From positions 1-44,125 of IMG/VR virus record IMGVR_UViG_3300044513_001984: a DNA stretch of 44,125 nucleotides. The stretch is one strand, 5' to 3'. Positions 1 to 9,096 of this stretch are shown here, piece after piece (the first letter of the stretch is position 1; the number at the start of each line of letters is the position of its first letter). Both the position numbers and the translations under genes were made by a program. Under the pieces are notes generated by a model, which searched no databases, was not told the DNA's origin, and saw nothing but the letters and a program-made list of their open reading frames with translations. This stretch comes from a virus (lineage: Duplodnaviria; Caudoviricetes).

Positions 1-50
1 GCGCTATGACTCACCGCCTTTCGGGTCTTCTCCGGTCTACTACCTCCGGA

Positions 51-209
51 TTAATCTCCAGTCCAGTTGCCAGGACCTTTGTTGTAGTCAGCCGCAGGAC
101 CAGGACCGAGATCCAGTTTGGTCCACGTTACGCCGCGTGCTTCGGCTTGTTTACGTTGCTCGGCAATGTACGCCTGTAGCTCTTCTCGTTGTTTTTGTGT
201 TGGCTTCAT
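51..209 (-). CDS. small early protein, 52 aa (MKPTQKQREELQAYIAEQRK...GPGNWTGD)
   Basis: Translated by hand; ATG at 209-207, TAA at 53-51. Below the ORF-track cutoff and packed 1 nt from the upstream ORF. Confidence 0.7.
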   Translation of the reverse strand: MKPTQKQREELQAYIAEQRKQAEARGVTWTKLDLGPGPAADYNKGPGNWTGD

Positions 210-210
210 A

Positions 211-330
211 TTAGTATATATCAGTATCGTATTCGTTTAACTCAGTTATGTATTTGTCGTGGTACAGATCTTCAAGATATGTAAAGAAGTCTTGTAGCTG
301 TTCGTGTGTGTCTTTAGAATGTGTGTTCAT
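211..330 (-). CDS. small acidic early protein, 39 aa (MNTHSKDTHEQLQDFFTYLEDLYHDKYITELNEYDTDIY)
   Basis: Hand translation; abuts both neighbours with 1-nt gaps (TAA-t-ATG). Confidence 0.6.
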   Translation of the reverse strand: MNTHSKDTHEQLQDFFTYLEDLYHDKYITELNEYDTDIY

Positions 331-331
331 A

Positions 332-469
332 TTACTTAGTATTAGTTTGTTTGTAGAATTCGATTCGGTCTAGTACATCTTGTCTGGTTAGTTCACCTTT
401 CATCTGTTGTAAGATGTATCCAGTCATATCGATTTGTTTTCCGTTAGAACATGTTAGTGTGTAAATCAT
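332..469 (-). CDS. small early protein, 45 aa (MIYTLTCSNGKQIDMTGYILQQMKGELTRQDVLDRIEFYKQTNTK)
   Basis: Hand translation; lies directly downstream of a copy of the repeated promoter-like motif. Confidence 0.7.
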   Translation of the reverse strand: MIYTLTCSNGKQIDMTGYILQQMKGELTRQDVLDRIEFYKQTNTK

Positions 470-480
470 AGTAGTAGTAT

Positions 481-517
481 TTATTTGTTACATTAATATT
501 ATCGGGTAAGATCCGTA
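481..517 (-). promoter_or_regulatory. putative phage early promoter, copy 1: TACG-N10-GATAATAT-taATGTAACAAATAA
   Basis: Near-identical to 612-648 with the same spacing; ends 11 nt upstream of the ATG at 469. Confidence 0.6.
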
Positions 518-518
518 G

Positions 519-602
519 TTAGTTTGCGGTGGTTACATTCACAAGAATGGTTACACATACACAGAAAATTGAATAGGCAATTAAGAAATTTTTTGTTGAC
601 AT
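519..602 (-). CDS. tiny hydrophobic (single-TM) peptide, 27 aa (MSTKNFLIAYSIFCVCVTILVNVTTAN)
   Basis: Hand translation; sits exactly between the two promoter-like repeats. Confidence 0.5.
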   Translation of the reverse strand: MSTKNFLIAYSIFCVCVTILVNVTTAN

Positions 603-611
603 ATTTATTAT

Positions 612-648
612 TTATTTGTTACATATATATTATCATAACCACTACGTA
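612..648 (-). promoter_or_regulatory. putative phage early promoter, copy 2: TACG-N10-GATAATAT-atATGTAACAAATAA
   Basis: Repeat of 481-517; ends 9 nt upstream of the ATG at 602. Confidence 0.6.
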
Positions 649-649
649 T

Positions 650-1000
650 TCCGCTTGCGATGCTATACGCGCTGCGCTGCGCTCCGCTGTGCCAGGGCTA
701 GAGCCCCCGGGAAAAGCTAAAAGATCTGGCGTAACTGCCTGGAAACCTGGTATATATGCGGCCAAAGCTTGAAAACGCTGGGGGGCTGGGCAAAACAAAA
801 CGGAAAAGGTAAAGCGCTGACAATCAGTAAGTTAGGGGGTAGCCCCGTAGCTCTCAATATCTAACAATTTTTCAAAAACAGTGACATTAGCTAATTAAGT
901 ATCTATAATAAGTGGCTTATGTCGCCTTCTGAAGTATAATTTAAGGTTGTAAAATAAGAATATTATACGTAAATATACTACTGTATATACTTATTCAAAA
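650..1000. other. GC-rich non-coding early/late divergence region (candidate genome terminus, packaging site or origin)
   Basis: Strand switch point; contains GCGCT pentamer repeats, several hairpins and an imperfect inverted repeat 881-891/915-925. Confidence 0.5.
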
Positions 1001-1282
1001 ATGGCCCAAAAATTATCACTAAAAGCGGCTAGGGCTAAGGCCATAAGAGATAAAAAATACGCTATGACGCCTGATCGTAAGCGTAAAAAAGCCCATGCTC
1101 AGCGCGAAAGACGCAAATGTAACCCTGGAAAAGGGTGGGATTGGGACCATGAAGATGGAAAATGGGAAAAAGTAAGTGCTAACCGCGGTAATGAAGGCAA
1201 TGGCACTAAAAGTGAGGGTAAAAAACGCTATAAAGTTCCCCCTAAAACTAGATGTACAACTACACCGAAGAAAAGAAAATAA
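1001..1282 (+). CDS. small basic protein, degenerate HNH-like
   Basis: DWDH...G...SANRG resembles a minimal HNH core; K/R-rich. Confidence 0.55.
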   Translation: MAQKLSLKAARAKAIRDKKYAMTPDRKRKKAHAQRERRKCNPGKGWDWDHEDGKWEKVSANRGNEGNGTKSEGKKRYKVPPKTRCTTTPKKRK

Positions 1283-1285
1283 TAA

Positions 1286-1984
1286 ATGGGGTTAATTTAT
1301 AATTATCCATACGATAATGACGTTCAAGACAGTGACGCTTGGATAGGTACAAACCAGCCAAATAGAAAAACTAAGCAGTACACTGCATTGGCTGTGGCTA
1401 ATTATTTAAATACCCAAGGCAAAATTTCTATTGCAGGTCAAATGACCTATAAATTTGTAACTTCACCATATGTTGATCCTGGAACTATTGCATTTCCAGC
1501 CGGTGGGGGCAGTGGTACAAATTTTTCGGCTATAACAACATTGGTAATTGCCGATACAGACCTTGGTAGCCAAAACGTAGTAAACTTTCTTACTTATTTA
1601 GTTGGTGGTACTATACTAATAGTGCATCAACAAGATATTAGTGTGTTTGGTCATTATACGGTGGATTCATATTCTACTACCGCAACACCAGGTTTTCATG
1701 TATTTACATTGACACAGCTTGGTAGTGCGGGAGCAATTGAAGCAAATGAGGTATATGACATTGCATCGTTTTTTACAGCAGAAACGGGAGATAAAAATTA
1801 TATTTTTACTCAAATTGCCGCGGCTGCAACTTGGAATGTAACGCATAACTTAAATAAATATCCATCAGTTTCAGTAGTTGACTCAGGAAATAACTGGGTT
1901 GTTGGAGATGTAGAATATATAAACGAAAATCAATTAACAATAACTTTTAATGCGGCTTTTTCAGGTAAAGCTTATCTAAACTAA
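1286..1984 (+). CDS. virion structural or tail-fibre-associated protein
   Basis: C-terminal W-x-V-x-HNL...PSVSVVD...GDV.Y...N.LTITF...FSGKAYLN module typical of phage tail-associated proteins. Confidence 0.7.
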   Translation: MGLIYNYPYDNDVQDSDAWIGTNQPNRKTKQYTALAVANYLNTQGKISIAGQMTYKFVTSPYVDPGTIAFPAGGGSGTNFSAITTLVIADTDLGSQNVVNFLTYLVGGTILIVHQQDISVFGHYTVDSYSTTATPGFHVFTLTQLGSAGAIEANEVYDIASFFTAETGDKNYIFTQIAAAATWNVTHNLNKYPSVSVVDSGNNWVVGDVEYINENQLTITFNAAFSGKAYLN

Positions 1985-1990
1985 CACAAA

Positions 1991-3655
1991 ATGGCAAAAT
2001 ATTTAGTAAACATTGATTTAAACAATAATCAATTACAAAATGCAGCATTGCATCCAGTGGGCACGGCCCCTTCTTCACCCGTAGAAGGTCAAGTTTATTT
2101 TGACACAAGTCCCGGTGATAAAGAAATGTATTTTTGGAATGGCACGGCATGGATAGCTATGGGCTCTCAGGGTGATATTACAGAAATTCAATCATCAACC
2201 ACCAATCAATTAACTGTAACAAACGGTACTGGACCAATACCGTCTTTAGCAATTGTAACAGGCGCTGTAACTAATGGCGGAACTGCTCTTGCTACTGGTG
2301 ATCAAATCTATGATTTTGTTACTGGTCTTGGCTATGTTGAAAGTGTAGGCGTAAATAACTCTACATTTATTAACTTAGTTGATAGTGGGACGGCTGCTGC
2401 TCCAGATCTTACAGCTTCATTGTCGGCCACTGGCACACCAGATAGCACAAAGTATTTACGAGGTGACAATACATGGTCCGCTATTAGCGGTATATATTCT
2501 TGGACCGTTGCAGGTGATACCGGGTCAGAAACTATAATTAATGCAGACACTGTTACTTTTGCTGGTGGTACAAATGTTACAACGGCTTACGACACTGGAA
2601 CAAATACGTTAACGATAAATTCTACAGACCAATACGTTGGTACTGTAACAAGTGTTGGAACAGGCAACTCAACATTTATTTCTGGTTCTGGTGGGCCAAT
2701 TACAACTTCTGGTTCTTTAACATATAGCTTAAGTGCAACAGGAACACCAAGCTCAAGTACATATCTTCGAGGTGACAATACCTGGGCTACCTTACCCGCC
2801 GACACTGACAACTATGTAGATTCTATCAGCTTCAGCACTGCAACAGGTATTTTAACCCTTGGAAGAACTGGCGCTCTTGCGGATTTAACTCAAAGTTTAG
2901 ATGGGCGCTACTTAATAGGCAACCAAACAATTACTCTTTCAGGAGAAGTAACTGGGTCCGGAACAACATCTATTTCAACTACCGTTGCAAATAATGTTCT
3001 TGATATTAATAACTTCACAGCGGCTACTATTGTAACAGAAGCTGAAGGTATTGCAAACAATGATAATGATACCACGTTGCCAACCTCAGCGGCGGTTAAA
3101 GATTATGTTGACAATGCTATTGTTGGCGGTCTTGTTTATCAAGGCGGTTATAATGCTGCAACAAATACACCAGACTTAGATTCTTCGCCAAGCGCAAGTA
3201 TTAAAAAAGGTTGGACTTATACTGTAACCGCGGATGGTAGTTTCTTTACTGAACAAGTACGCGTAGGTGATGTGTTAATTGCTGAAGTTGATGCTCCGAC
3301 AGCTTTAGCCGACTGGACCACAGTACAAAATAATATTGATCTCGCAAGCGCTTCTCAGGTTGGTATTGGTAATGTTGCCGCGGGAACTGGAATTAGTGTT
3401 TCTTATTCATCTGGTACAGCCACTGTAACAAACACTGATACTAACTCTGCTAATACAGCCACCGGAACAATTACTGCCGGTAATACTTCTGGAACTGTTA
3501 CACATAGCTTTGGAATAAATACTATAGTTCAAACTATTGATTCATCCGGAAATACTGTATATTGCGATATTGCAAGAACAACAACTTCAGTAACTGCTTC
3601 AATCAGCGCGGCGCAATCCGGTAATATAACTATCCTTGTTCAGAAAATTGGATAA
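1991..3655 (+). CDS. tail fibre protein
   Basis: G/S/T-rich; repeated SLSATGTP..YLRGDNTW, LDGRYL, PTSAAVKDYVD and a YQGGYNAATNTP module. Confidence 0.8.
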   Translation: MAKYLVNIDLNNNQLQNAALHPVGTAPSSPVEGQVYFDTSPGDKEMYFWNGTAWIAMGSQGDITEIQSSTTNQLTVTNGTGPIPSLAIVTGAVTNGGTALATGDQIYDFVTGLGYVESVGVNNSTFINLVDSGTAAAPDLTASLSATGTPDSTKYLRGDNTWSAISGIYSWTVAGDTGSETIINADTVTFAGGTNVTTAYDTGTNTLTINSTDQYVGTVTSVGTGNSTFISGSGGPITTSGSLTYSLSATGTPSSSTYLRGDNTWATLPADTDNYVDSISFSTATGILTLGRTGALADLTQSLDGRYLIGNQTITLSGEVTGSGTTSISTTVANNVLDINNFTAATIVTEAEGIANNDNDTTLPTSAAVKDYVDNAIVGGLVYQGGYNAATNTPDLDSSPSASIKKGWTYTVTADGSFFTEQVRVGDVLIAEVDAPTALADWTTVQNNIDLASASQVGIGNVAAGTGISVSYSSGTATVTNTDTNSANTATGTITAGNTSGTVTHSFGINTIVQTIDSSGNTVYCDIARTTTSVTASISAAQSGNITILVQKIG

Positions 3656-3673
3656 TTAATTAAACACAATTAA

Positions 3674-6600
3674 ATGGCAAATAAGTTTCTAACAAATATA
3701 GAACTTGATGCTGGTCTTGTAGACGGTAGTAACTCAACTGGAACTTCTGGTTATGTGCTATCGTCTACCGGTACGGCAACAAGCTGGGTTGACCCTGCAG
3801 CATTATCAGTAGGAGAATCTGAACAAGTACACATTGCTTGTAAAAATACTTCTGGTGTTGCTATCAGCAAAGGTGATCCTGTATATATAACTGGAACTGT
3901 AGGAACATCTTATATAATTGAAATAGCAAAGGCAGACGCTAGTAATTCAACTAAAATGCCTGCCGTAGGGCTCGCAGAAACTGATTTAGCTAACAACGCA
4001 GAAGGATATGTTATTGTATCTGGTGTTCTTAAAAATTTGACAACAGATCCTTTATCTACTGGTGATGGCACGCCGTCTTCGAATAATACTGTATATGTAA
4101 AAGCTGGTGGTGGTCTTACAAAAACAAAACCAACCGGTAGTGGCAACTTGATTCAAAACGTTGGTAAGGTTGGCAGGGTAAATTCAGCTAATGCTGGTTC
4201 TCTTGCGGTATCAACCATCATGCGTACTAATGATGTGCCTAATCTTACAACGGGTAAGATATGGGTTGGATCATCTACATACACCACTGAGTCTACTGTT
4301 GTCCACTTAGACGAAAGCAATGGGCGCATGGGAATTGAGACAAATAGTCCTGGGGCTACATTACAGGTTGGTGATGGTAGTTTTGATGCTAATGCAAGAG
4401 TTTTCCACAGCGACTCAACCTACACAGAGATGCGTGGTTATGGGATTGTTACAAACAGAAACAATGCTTATATAAGACCTCTAGGAGATAAGACACAAGT
4501 TTTATCAATAGGTAATGATAATAATACTTGGAACTATATAGCTCATAACGCTAACTATCATACCTTCTCAACAGACCTAGCTGAAAGAATGCGTATTCAT
4601 TTAGGAGGGAAAATACAGTTTAATACTTACGGCTCAGGAACATTTACAGGCACAGCAACACAGCGTTTAGGAGTAGACTCATCCGGTAACGTTATAGAAA
4701 TCCCTATTGGATCAGGCCCTGTTGATGGGTCAGGTGCAGCTGGCCAAGTTACATTCTGGACTGATGCCGATACAATCAGTGGCGAGAATGATCTGTATTG
4801 GGACAGTACAAATAATGAACTTGGGATTGGAACAAATAACCCAAGTTATAATTTGCATATTCTTGACGCTGATCCTTATATAGCTTTAAATGGGACCGCT
4901 AATTCAGATGATATTAGTTTATTATATCACAAAGGAGGCACATTGAATTTAATTGCCCGCTTCAGCTCTACGGTTGGAGGAGGGGTAGATATTGTATCAC
5001 GGAATAACACCGGAGACACGGACCTTGCAAATTTTGATCCCTCCGGGCAATTAGCATTACCACAATACGGCGGGGGTACTTTTACAGGTACTGCTACTAA
5101 AATGCTGGCTGTTGACACCGCTGGTAATGTTATTGAAGAAACTTTGCCTGGTGGTGGAATAACAGGATCTGGGGCTAACACAAGGCTTACAATATGGAGT
5201 GGCACAAGCACGGTAACTTCTGATTCAACTTTAACTTATAATACAACAACAGATGCTTTATATGTTGGTAACGTTATATATGGAACGAGTGATACTGACA
5301 CTGGTATTAGTTGGCCTGGTGGTAATACTTTAAGATTTATTGCTGGGGGCAATACAAGACTTACTGTTGAAACAGCTGGGATTACAGCGGGTGTTGCTAC
5401 GGTATTTGACAGTAGTATTGAATTAAACAGCACGTTAATTGATATCAATGGATCAACTGGAACTAGTGGTCAAATTCTATCTTCAACAGGATCTGGTGTT
5501 GATTGGATTGATTCACCATCCGGCGATAATTATTATGTAACAGGAGCATCATTTAGCACAAGCACTGGTGTATTAACAATAACAGGAAACAATGCTGCTG
5601 TAGGTGCCACTGTAGATTTAGATGGTAGATTTTTACTTGATACAACAGATACATTTACAGGAGCGCTTACAATTAATGGAGATATTAGGGGAAATGGACA
5701 GCAGCTTGTTTTAAATGCTGGCGAATCTTATTCTTATGCCACTGGTCAAACAAATGAGTTTGTATATATAAATGCAGAAAGTGGCCTAGAAATAAATTCA
5801 TCACCTGATAACTGGGCTAGTGGTTGGGCAGGAAGAAATACAACAACAATAAATGACACGAGTGGTAATTCTACTTTTGCTAATGACATTTCTGTATTAG
5901 GCGGTGATATTGTATTAGGTGGCACAGGGCGTATTCAAGGAATTGATACAGTAAGCGCTGGTACTGATGCGGTAAACAAAAACTACGTAGATAATAATTT
6001 TGTAGCAGATACCGACACTCTTTGGTCGTTTGACGCGGACGGGGCTGGAACATCACAAAGTATTACCGTTGGTGATAGCGTTTGGTTTGAAGGTTCAAAT
6101 GGTATTACATTTACATCTGGTACAGGGCCGGTAGGTTTTGATCATCAAGTTGGTGCTACTTTAGACGCAACAGGTGTTAGTGCAGGCTCTTATACAAACG
6201 CTAATATTACAGTCGATGCCTATGGTAGAATATCCGCGGCATCTAATGGAACAAGCGGTGATATCACGGGTGTAACAGCGGGCACTGGTTTAAGCGGTGG
6301 AGGTTCATCTGGGACAGTAACTCTTAACCTTGACCTAGGCGAATTAACTGTTGGTGGCACCTTAGTTGCTACAGATTATTTAATTGCTGAAAATGGAGGT
6401 ACAGATAATCGCCAATTAATTTCTGATATACCATTAAGTATATTCAGCAATGATGCGGGTTGGACTTCAAATAGTGGAGACATTACGTCTGTTACCGCCG
6501 GAACAAACTTAAATGGCGGAGGTACTTCTGGCGCTGTAACTTTAAACTTAGATTCAGCAATTAGCTTAACTTCGGCAACCTTTGGGTCAGGGGTTACTCT

Positions 6601-8320
6601 TACAGAATCTACAGATAGAGCAGATTTACTATATATCAACAGTTCAACCTCATCATGGGGCGGTCTTCAAATAGGCAATACATCAAACGAGTTTATATTC
6701 TCTTTGATGGGAGATGGAACTACAGGTGGTATTTATGATGATCAAAATTCTGATTGGCTTATTCAATGGACTGAAAACGCAGGTGTTAGATTATACCATA
6801 ATGCTGGGCAAAAGCTTACAACAACTTCTACTGGAATAACAATAACTGGTGAGATTGTAACCACAGCCGGGAATTCTACAAACTGGACTACAGCCTATAA
6901 CAATTCAATTACCTCTGCTGCTGTAACCGGTACAACTACAAAAACACTTACACTCAATCAACAAGACGGAGGCACAGTTACAGCTAGTTGGTCCGACGAA
7001 ACAGGAAGTAATAACTATGTTACCGGGGCTAGTTTTTCAACACTTACCGGGAATTTAACTTTAACCAGAAGCGGGCTTACAGATATTACAACATCGCTAG
7101 ATGGTAGATATTTAACAGGAAACGAAACAATAACTTTAAGTGGGGACGTAACTGGAAGTGGCACAACATCAATTTCTACTAGTATATCCGCAAACGTAGT
7201 TGGGGCTGCCGAATTAAATGTATCTGGTAATGGTACTTCTGGTCAAGTATTAACGTCTGATGGTGATGGTACTTTTTCATGGACAACACCCACTACCGGA
7301 GATATTACCGGAGTTACGGCTGGCACTGGTTTAAGTGGCGGTGGTTCTTCAGGAACTGTTACGCTTAATCTTGATCTTGGTGAATTAACTGTAGGAGGAA
7401 CGTTGGTTGGAACAGATTATTTAATCGCGGAAAACGGAGGAGTTGATAATAGACAATTGATTTCTGATATACCGTTAAGTATATTTAATAATGACCAGGG
7501 GTGGACAAGTAACACTGGTGATATTACTGGGGTAACCGCTGGAACAAACCTAACAGGAGGTGGTACGTCTGGAACTGTAACTCTTAATATGGCCACAGGT
7601 GGTATTGGGGCCGGGGTCTATGGCTCAACCGCAGATGACACTAAAATTGACACAATTACAGTTGACGCTTATGGAAGAGTAACCGCTGTAGCAACAGGTG
7701 CAACCGGTGACATTACGGCTGTTACCGCAGGAACAGGTCTATCAGGTGGTGGTACATCTGGAAGCGTAACATTAACAAATTCAGATCCGGGATCAGCTCA
7801 AAATATATTTAAAAACGTTGCTGTATTAGGCCAAAGCACCGTTGTTGCAGATTCAAACAATGACACGCTTAACTTAGCTGCTGGTAATAATATTGCCATA
7901 ACAACAAGCGCAAGCTCAGACACCGTAACATTTGCGGCTAAAACATTAGATGTTTACAACATGTGGTTGGCTTTTAAATCTCCGGCTGGTGGAAGTACTT
8001 ACGCAAATTGGCGTGGAGTAGGTGGTCATGGATCTACGTTGGAGCTAACTTCTAAATTAATTGTTCCGTATTCGGGTAATTTAGATATAGTTAAAATTAC
8101 ATCAGATGTAAGCGTTAGTGGGGTTTCAATGACATTGTACAAGGGGTCTGGAACATCTGTATGGGCTTCTGGTAGCTTTAACTTAACAGCTAATACAGTA
8201 TATTCAATGTCTCCATCAAGCGCGGCTGTTACTGCAAATGATTTACTTTATTTACAATTTAATTATCCGTCCAGCGCCACTCTTACATATGCTATAACAA
8301 TGGGATTTTTATATGATTAA
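3674..8320 (+). CDS. long tail fibre / receptor-binding protein with internal duplications
   Basis: 1548 aa, G/S/T-rich; five GDITxVTAGTxLxGGGxSGxVTL repeats, TVDAYGR and ERMRI motifs, and a non-repetitive C-terminal tip. Confidence 0.85.
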   Translation: MANKFLTNIELDAGLVDGSNSTGTSGYVLSSTGTATSWVDPAALSVGESEQVHIACKNTSGVAISKGDPVYITGTVGTSYIIEIAKADASNSTKMPAVGLAETDLANNAEGYVIVSGVLKNLTTDPLSTGDGTPSSNNTVYVKAGGGLTKTKPTGSGNLIQNVGKVGRVNSANAGSLAVSTIMRTNDVPNLTTGKIWVGSSTYTTESTVVHLDESNGRMGIETNSPGATLQVGDGSFDANARVFHSDSTYTEMRGYGIVTNRNNAYIRPLGDKTQVLSIGNDNNTWNYIAHNANYHTFSTDLAERMRIHLGGKIQFNTYGSGTFTGTATQRLGVDSSGNVIEIPIGSGPVDGSGAAGQVTFWTDADTISGENDLYWDSTNNELGIGTNNPSYNLHILDADPYIALNGTANSDDISLLYHKGGTLNLIARFSSTVGGGVDIVSRNNTGDTDLANFDPSGQLALPQYGGGTFTGTATKMLAVDTAGNVIEETLPGGGITGSGANTRLTIWSGTSTVTSDSTLTYNTTTDALYVGNVIYGTSDTDTGISWPGGNTLRFIAGGNTRLTVETAGITAGVATVFDSSIELNSTLIDINGSTGTSGQILSSTGSGVDWIDSPSGDNYYVTGASFSTSTGVLTITGNNAAVGATVDLDGRFLLDTTDTFTGALTINGDIRGNGQQLVLNAGESYSYATGQTNEFVYINAESGLEINSSPDNWASGWAGRNTTTINDTSGNSTFANDISVLGGDIVLGGTGRIQGIDTVSAGTDAVNKNYVDNNFVADTDTLWSFDADGAGTSQSITVGDSVWFEGSNGITFTSGTGPVGFDHQVGATLDATGVSAGSYTNANITVDAYGRISAASNGTSGDITGVTAGTGLSGGGSSGTVTLNLDLGELTVGGTLVATDYLIAENGGTDNRQLISDIPLSIFSNDAGWTSNSGDITSVTAGTNLNGGGTSGAVTLNLDSAISLTSATFGSGVTLTESTDRADLLYINSSTSSWGGLQIGNTSNEFIFSLMGDGTTGGIYDDQNSDWLIQWTENAGVRLYHNAGQKLTTTSTGITITGEIVTTAGNSTNWTTAYNNSITSAAVTGTTTKTLTLNQQDGGTVTASWSDETGSNNYVTGASFSTLTGNLTLTRSGLTDITTSLDGRYLTGNETITLSGDVTGSGTTSISTSISANVVGAAELNVSGNGTSGQVLTSDGDGTFSWTTPTTGDITGVTAGTGLSGGGSSGTVTLNLDLGELTVGGTLVGTDYLIAENGGVDNRQLISDIPLSIFNNDQGWTSNTGDITGVTAGTNLTGGGTSGTVTLNMATGGIGAGVYGSTADDTKIDTITVDAYGRVTAVATGATGDITAVTAGTGLSGGGTSGSVTLTNSDPGSAQNIFKNVAVLGQSTVVADSNNDTLNLAAGNNIAITTSASSDTVTFAAKTLDVYNMWLAFKSPAGGSTYANWRGVGGHGSTLELTSKLIVPYSGNLDIVKITSDVSVSGVSMTLYKGSGTSVWASGSFNLTANTVYSMSPSSAAVTANDLLYLQFNYPSSATLTYAITMGFLYD
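6257..7591 (+). repeat. ~98-codon intragenic duplication (6257-6550 and 7298-7591)
   Basis: Near-identical peptide GDITGVTAGTGLSGGGSSGTVTLNLDLGELTVGGTLV.TDYLIAENGG.DNRQLISDIPLSIF.ND.GWTSN.GDIT..., with many synonymous DNA differences. Confidence 0.9.
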
Positions 8321-8337
8321 AATTTAAAAACAAAAAA

Positions 8338-8679
8338 ATGACAACTTTTAGCTGGGATTGTACAAACGTCGAAGTTTTATTGACAGAAAAAAATTATAGT
8401 AACGTTGTGTACAATGTTAATTGGGTGTTAACCGGTACGTCTGATCAATTAGATGGAGAAAGTAATCCATATACAAGTTCACTAGATGGATGGCAAATAT
8501 TAAACACAGACAATATTACAGAGTTTGTTCCATTTGCTGATTTAACAAATGCTATAGTCACACAGTGGGTTAAAGATACTATGGGTTTAGATCAAGTTTC
8601 ATTACTTGAGTCAAACATTGAAAACGCCATTAATATTCAAATAAACCCCATTACCGCTGAAATGACAATAGGATCTTAA
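8338..8679 (+). CDS. small tail-fibre-associated protein
   Basis: MTTFSW...NVVYNVNW...FVPFADLT...V.QWV pattern, commonly seen right after fibre genes. Confidence 0.65.
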   Translation: MTTFSWDCTNVEVLLTEKNYSNVVYNVNWVLTGTSDQLDGESNPYTSSLDGWQILNTDNITEFVPFADLTNAIVTQWVKDTMGLDQVSLLESNIENAINIQINPITAEMTIGS

Positions 8680-8749
8680 TAAAGTAAAAACCAGTAAAAA
8701 CAAGTAATATACTTAATATAACCAATGTTAAACTTTTAAAACCAAAACC

Positions 8750-9067
8750 ATGACGTTTTATTACAAAACCACATCTTGGAGCGGTAGCCCAAGTGTGAAC
8801 CAAGAGACCATTGAATTTTGGAAGCATTTAGCGACCAAAGCTAACTGGCGAATTGTGCAATTACCAAATGGGTACTATCAAACCGAATACAAAAATCCCG
8901 AGTGCGGCTGTGATCCAGCAAAAGATCATGACTGCAATAATTGGATGGATGTTACAAGGCGAGAAACAATTGAAGCAGCTGAACGTGCTATCGATGCATC
9001 GGTAGAACATTACAGCAAAAAAGTTGAATTCTCAAAAGGACCTGTAGTGGTAAAAACCTTTAAGTAA
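8750..9067 (+). CDS. hypothetical protein (CxC...C), first gene of the chaperonin cluster
   Basis: Clean ORF with an A-rich leader; no family recognised. Confidence 0.7.
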   Translation: MTFYYKTTSWSGSPSVNQETIEFWKHLATKANWRIVQLPNGYYQTEYKNPECGCDPAKDHDCNNWMDVTRRETIEAAERAIDASVEHYSKKVEFSKGPVVVKTFK

Positions 9068-9096
9068 CAATTACTATAATTTAATTTAATTTAATC

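Noticed and set aside
524-772. + strand 82-aa ORF from the track
   Set aside because: TTG start; runs antisense over a minus-strand micro-gene and its promoter repeat; the sequence is not protein-like.
3674-8320. Diversity-generating retroelement or S74 chaperone in the tail fibre
   Set aside because: No reverse transcriptase; repeat differences are synonymous rather than adenine-specific; no SD.RLK motif at the C-terminus.
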